DNA from: a virus
Taxonomy: Duplodnaviria > Heunggongvirae > Uroviricota > Caudoviricetes
DNA length: 9,532 bases
Virus record (IMG/VR): IMGVR_UViG_2778261577_000002
Coordinates: 1-9,532 of that record
Strand: one strand, 5' to 3'
Shown piece after piece: positions 7,098 to 9,532 of the stretch. The notes under the pieces were generated by a model. The model was not told where the DNA came from and ran no database searches. It worked only from the letters and a program-made list of their open reading frames with translations. The number at the start of each line of letters is the position of its first letter. Within the stretch, counting starts at the first letter, position 1. The position numbers and the translations under genes were made by a program.

Positions 7098-7889
7098 ATG
7101 AGCGAGAAATTAAAGATAGTCTATCGCCCATTACAAGAATTGCCACCGTATGCGCACAACGCCAGGACGCACAGCCCTGAGCAGGTGGCACAACTGGTAG
7201 AAAGTATTAAGCAATTCGGCTGGACTAATCCGGTGCTGATTGACGAAAAGGGCGAAATTATTGCGGGTCACGGTCGTGTTATGGCGGCTGAAATGCTCAA
7301 AATGGATTCTGTTCCGGTCATTGTTCTGTCTGGCCTGACGGATGAGCAGAAAAAGGCGTACCGCCTGGCAGATAATCGCCTGCCGATGAATGCTGGCTGG
7401 GATGAAGATCTGTTGCGGATGGAGCTGTCGGACCTAATCAATGCTGATTTTGATGTCTCCCTGACAGGCTTCATCCCGACAGAAATTGATGAACTGTTGA
7501 CGGATGTTTTGCCCGGTACAGGAAATGAGGAGGAGCCGTATACGACGAAAATTGATACGCCTGTTTATGAGCCGTCGGGCGGTAAACCGGATATCAGTGA
7601 ACTGTACGACGATACGAAAACTCAGGAGCTGATCAGCCGGATACGTTCGGCGTCCCTTGAGCCTGATATTGAGAAATTCCTCCTGTGTGCGGCAGAACGT
7701 CACACGGTGTTTAATTTCAGCAGAATTGCGGACTATTACGCTCACGCCCCCGCTGAAATCCAGTGTTTTTTCGAGGAGTCGGCGCTGGTGATCATTGATT
7801 ATCAGCAGGCTATTGAAAATGGATTTGTCCGGATGACGCAGCGCATGGTGGAGATCATGCATGGTGGTGAGGAGGAGGAATATGCGTGA
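7098..7889 (+). CDS. ParB-like nuclease-domain (ParB/Srx superfamily) protein with an uncharacterised acidic C-terminal domain, 263 aa
   Basis: N-terminal about 120 aa has the ParB-N architecture (conserved ...NARTHSPEQV...L..SI...GW.NPVLID..GEIIAGHGR..AA motif). The C-terminal part has no methyltransferase motifs and ends GGEEEEYA. The stop TGA (7887-7889) overlaps the downstream start. Related to K-12 Rac ynaK by position. Confidence 0.8.
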   Translation: MSEKLKIVYRPLQELPPYAHNARTHSPEQVAQLVESIKQFGWTNPVLIDEKGEIIAGHGRVMAAEMLKMDSVPVIVLSGLTDEQKKAYRLADNRLPMNAGWDEDLLRMELSDLINADFDVSLTGFIPTEIDELLTDVLPGTGNEEEPYTTKIDTPVYEPSGGKPDISELYDDTKTQELISRIRSASLEPDIEKFLLCAAERHTVFNFSRIADYYAHAPAEIQCFFEESALVIIDYQQAIENGFVRMTQRMVEIMHGGEEEEYA

Positions 7890-8814
7890 TGATTTTTGCG
7901 CCTTTATTCTGACTCACGGGCGACCGGACAAAGTTCTGACTTACCGGACGTTGCGTCGTGCTGGCTATACCGGGAAAATTTTTATCGTTGTTGATGATGA
8001 AGATAAGACACGGCATCAGTACATGGCTGAATTTGGTGAACAGGTGCTGGTGTTTTCCAAAGCCGATATCGCCAGTCGTTTTGACGAAGCCGATAATTTC
8101 TGTGACCGCCGCTCAATTTTTTACGCCCGTAATGCCTGTTTCGACCAGGCAAAACTGGTCGGGTGTAAATACTTCATTCAGCTCGATGATGATTATCACG
8201 AGTTCCAGTTTCGGGTGGATCGCAACTATGACCAGGCCTATTTTCCGATAAGGAAACTGGATGCGATCCTTTCTGAAATGCTGGCGTACTACGAATCAAT
8301 ACCTGCTCTTTCCATCGCTATGTCGCAGGGAGGGGATTTTCTTGGTGACAATGGCGGCCATGCTTCGTGGGTGAAACGCAAGGCAATGAACAGCTTTATC
8401 TGTTCGGTTGATCGACCGTTCTCATTCATGGGGCGCATTAACGAGGATGTGAATACGTACACGAATCTCGGTCGCTGTGGTGAATTGTTTATGACGATCG
8501 GTGCTGTCCAGTTAGGGCAGAAACAGACGCAGAAAAACAGCGGCGGAATGACCGAGCTGTATCTGGATTCCGGAACCTACGTTAAAAGTTTTTACTCCGT
8601 CATGTATGCGCCGTCGTGCGTAAAAATCTCACTGATGGGTGCCAGCCATAAACGCATTCACCATCAGGTCACCTGGAACAACGCTGCAGTAAAAATCCTT
8701 CACGAAAAATACAGGAAGAAGACACCCTGCATATCAATGGGGGTGACAAATGATTCCGTATTCGAAAGTCGAGTCTCTGGCAGCGTGCCGGATGACTGCA
8801 CAACAAATCGCTGA
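7882..8814 (+). CDS. Uncharacterised protein with a GT-A-like nucleotide-sugar transferase signature (N-terminal beta-strand CAFILTHGRP, FIVVDDED, DxD-type motif QLDDDYHEF), 310 aa from ATG 7882
   Basis: The ORF is open from 7861. ATG 7882 is preferred because GAGGAGGAGG lies 5-6 nt upstream and it overlaps the ParB-like stop by 8 nt, suggesting translational coupling; ATG 7861 with SD GGTGGAG is a possible alternative. The fold call is a motif-based inference, not a database match. Confidence 0.7.
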   Translation: MRDDFCAFILTHGRPDKVLTYRTLRRAGYTGKIFIVVDDEDKTRHQYMAEFGEQVLVFSKADIASRFDEADNFCDRRSIFYARNACFDQAKLVGCKYFIQLDDDYHEFQFRVDRNYDQAYFPIRKLDAILSEMLAYYESIPALSIAMSQGGDFLGDNGGHASWVKRKAMNSFICSVDRPFSFMGRINEDVNTYTNLGRCGELFMTIGAVQLGQKQTQKNSGGMTELYLDSGTYVKSFYSVMYAPSCVKISLMGASHKRIHHQVTWNNAAVKILHEKYRKKTPCISMGVTNDSVFESRVSGSVPDDCTTNR

Positions 8815-9001
8815 CGTTCTGGATGTTGATCTGAACCGACTGAAAGAAAATCGGGAAGCAATGACAGATTTTTATGCGGCCATCCGTAAGGGCAGAGCGA
8901 AAGGTGAAGCCGAGTTACGAGCGGCATTGTTTAAGCTTGCCAGAAAAGGGGATGCCTTTGCTCTGCGCGAACTACTCAGGGTGGATAAAAATCAGGACTA
9001 A
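8750..9001 (+). CDS. Small helix-turn-helix protein (83 aa), possibly a packaging-associated DNA-binding protein
   Basis: ORF with SD GGGGGTGA upstream of ATG 8750. HTH-like segment MTAQQIADVLDVDLNRLKE. Overlaps the 3' end of the upstream gene by 65 nt in another frame. Sits immediately upstream of the terminase-like fragment. Confidence 0.5.
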   Translation: MIPYSKVESLAACRMTAQQIADVLDVDLNRLKENREAMTDFYAAIRKGRAKGEAELRAALFKLARKGDAFALRELLRVDKNQD

Positions 9002-9004
9002 CTG

Positions 9005-9178
9005 ATGAGCAGACCGGACTGGGGGGCGTTGCAGCAGGAGTATATTGCTGAATACACCCGCTCCGGTATATCTCCGGTGGCATGGTGTGAAGCAAGGGGA
9101 CTGAATTACGCAACAGCCCGTCGTTACATCAAAAAAACTCCGAAAAATGCGCAGACAGAAATGTGCAAAACTGGGTGA
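9005..9178 (+). pseudogene. N-terminal fragment (57 codons) of a probable terminase small subunit or HTH packaging protein, truncated by IS1 insertion
   Basis: ATG 9005 gives MSRPDWGALQQEYIAEYTRSGISPVAWCEARGLNYATARRYIKK..., resembling the N-terminal HTH of phage small terminase subunits. The frame runs into the IS1 left inverted repeat and ends at a TGA (9176-9178) contributed by the IS1 terminus GGTGATG. Confidence 0.5.
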
Positions 9179-9532
9179 TGCTGCCAACTTACTGATTTAG
9201 TGTATGATGGTGTTTTTGAGGTGCTCCAGTGGCTTCTGTTTCTATCAGCTGTCCCTCCTGTTCAGCTACTGACGGGGTGGTGCGTAACGGCAAAAGCACC
9301 GCCGGACATCAGCGCTATCTCTGCTCTCACTGCCGTAAAACATGGCAACTGCAGTTCACTTACACCGCTTCTCAACCCGGTACGCACCAGAAAATCATTG
9401 ATATGGCCATGAATGGCGTTGGATGCCGGGCAACAGCCCGCATTATGGGCGTTGGCCTCAACACGATTTTCCGCCATTTAAAAAACTCAGGCCGCAGTCG
9501 GTAACCTCGCGCATACAGCCGGGCAGTGACGT
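9174..9532 (+). mobile_element. IS1: IS1 left end (IRL GGTGATGCTGCCAACTTACTGAT) through insA and into the insA/insB junction; truncated by the window edge
   Basis: Recognised by recall as the canonical IS1 5' terminus; same orientation as the IS1 fragment at 1-55. Confidence 0.95.
9229..9504 (+). CDS. insA: IS1 InsA (transposition inhibitor / N-terminal part of the InsAB' transposase), 91 aa, GTG start
   Basis: Translation [91 protein letters not shown] matches IS1 InsA as recalled, apart from one residue (IFRH here, ILRH in the copy I remember). Confidence 0.96.
   Translation: MASVSISCPSCSATDGVVRNGKSTAGHQRYLCSHCRKTWQLQFTYTASQPGTHQKIIDMAMNGVGCRATARIMGVGLNTIFRHLKNSGRSR

Noticed and set aside
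6899-7180. 93-aa ORF spanning the trkG end and the ParB-like start
   Set aside because: Overlaps two supported genes and the terminator-like hairpin; no SD.
7268-7862. Antisense ORFs 7268..7474 and 7434..7862 (-)
   Set aside because: Antisense to the ParB-like CDS.
7958-8251. 97-aa alternative-frame ORF inside the GT-A-like gene
   Set aside because: Internal alternative frame with no independent support.
8700-9187. Antisense ORFs 8700..8927 and 8972..9187 (-)
   Set aside because: Antisense to the HTH and terminase-like ORFs, and running into the IS1 end.
9200-9477. ORFs 9200..9412 (+) and 9262..9477 (-) inside IS1
   Set aside because: Alternative-frame or antisense ORFs within the well-known IS1 insA region.

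Overview
This window reads as a slice of a defective, Rac-like lambdoid prophage from an enterobacterium (Escherichia/Shigella-like), bracketed by two partial IS1 copies in the same orientation. All calls rest on reading the sequence and on recalled protein families; no database search was run. Left to right: the 3' tip of an IS1 (1-55); a minus-strand YeaR/DUF1971-family gene with an NsrR-like palindrome over its promoter; about 790 bp of AT-rich non-coding DNA; a translationally coupled late-regulatory block (DUF1367-like, YbcO/DUF1364-like, putative Q antiterminator); a tR'-like terminator; two tRNAs (Thr-UGU, Gly-UCC); a roughly 685 bp interval with no convincing gene; a phage-21-type lysis cassette (pinholin and SAR endolysin) followed by a decayed Rz/Rz1 spanin; an AT-rich trkG potassium-transporter moron; a coupled pair encoding a ParB-like nuclease-domain protein and a GT-A-like (DxD) protein of unknown function; a small HTH protein; and a terminase-small-subunit-like ORF cut by an IS1 insertion (9174-end, carrying insA). 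No CRISPR array, toxin gene, rusA or replication genes were seen. The best candidate for something undescribed is the ParB-like/GT-A-like pair, which I can only characterise by motifs.
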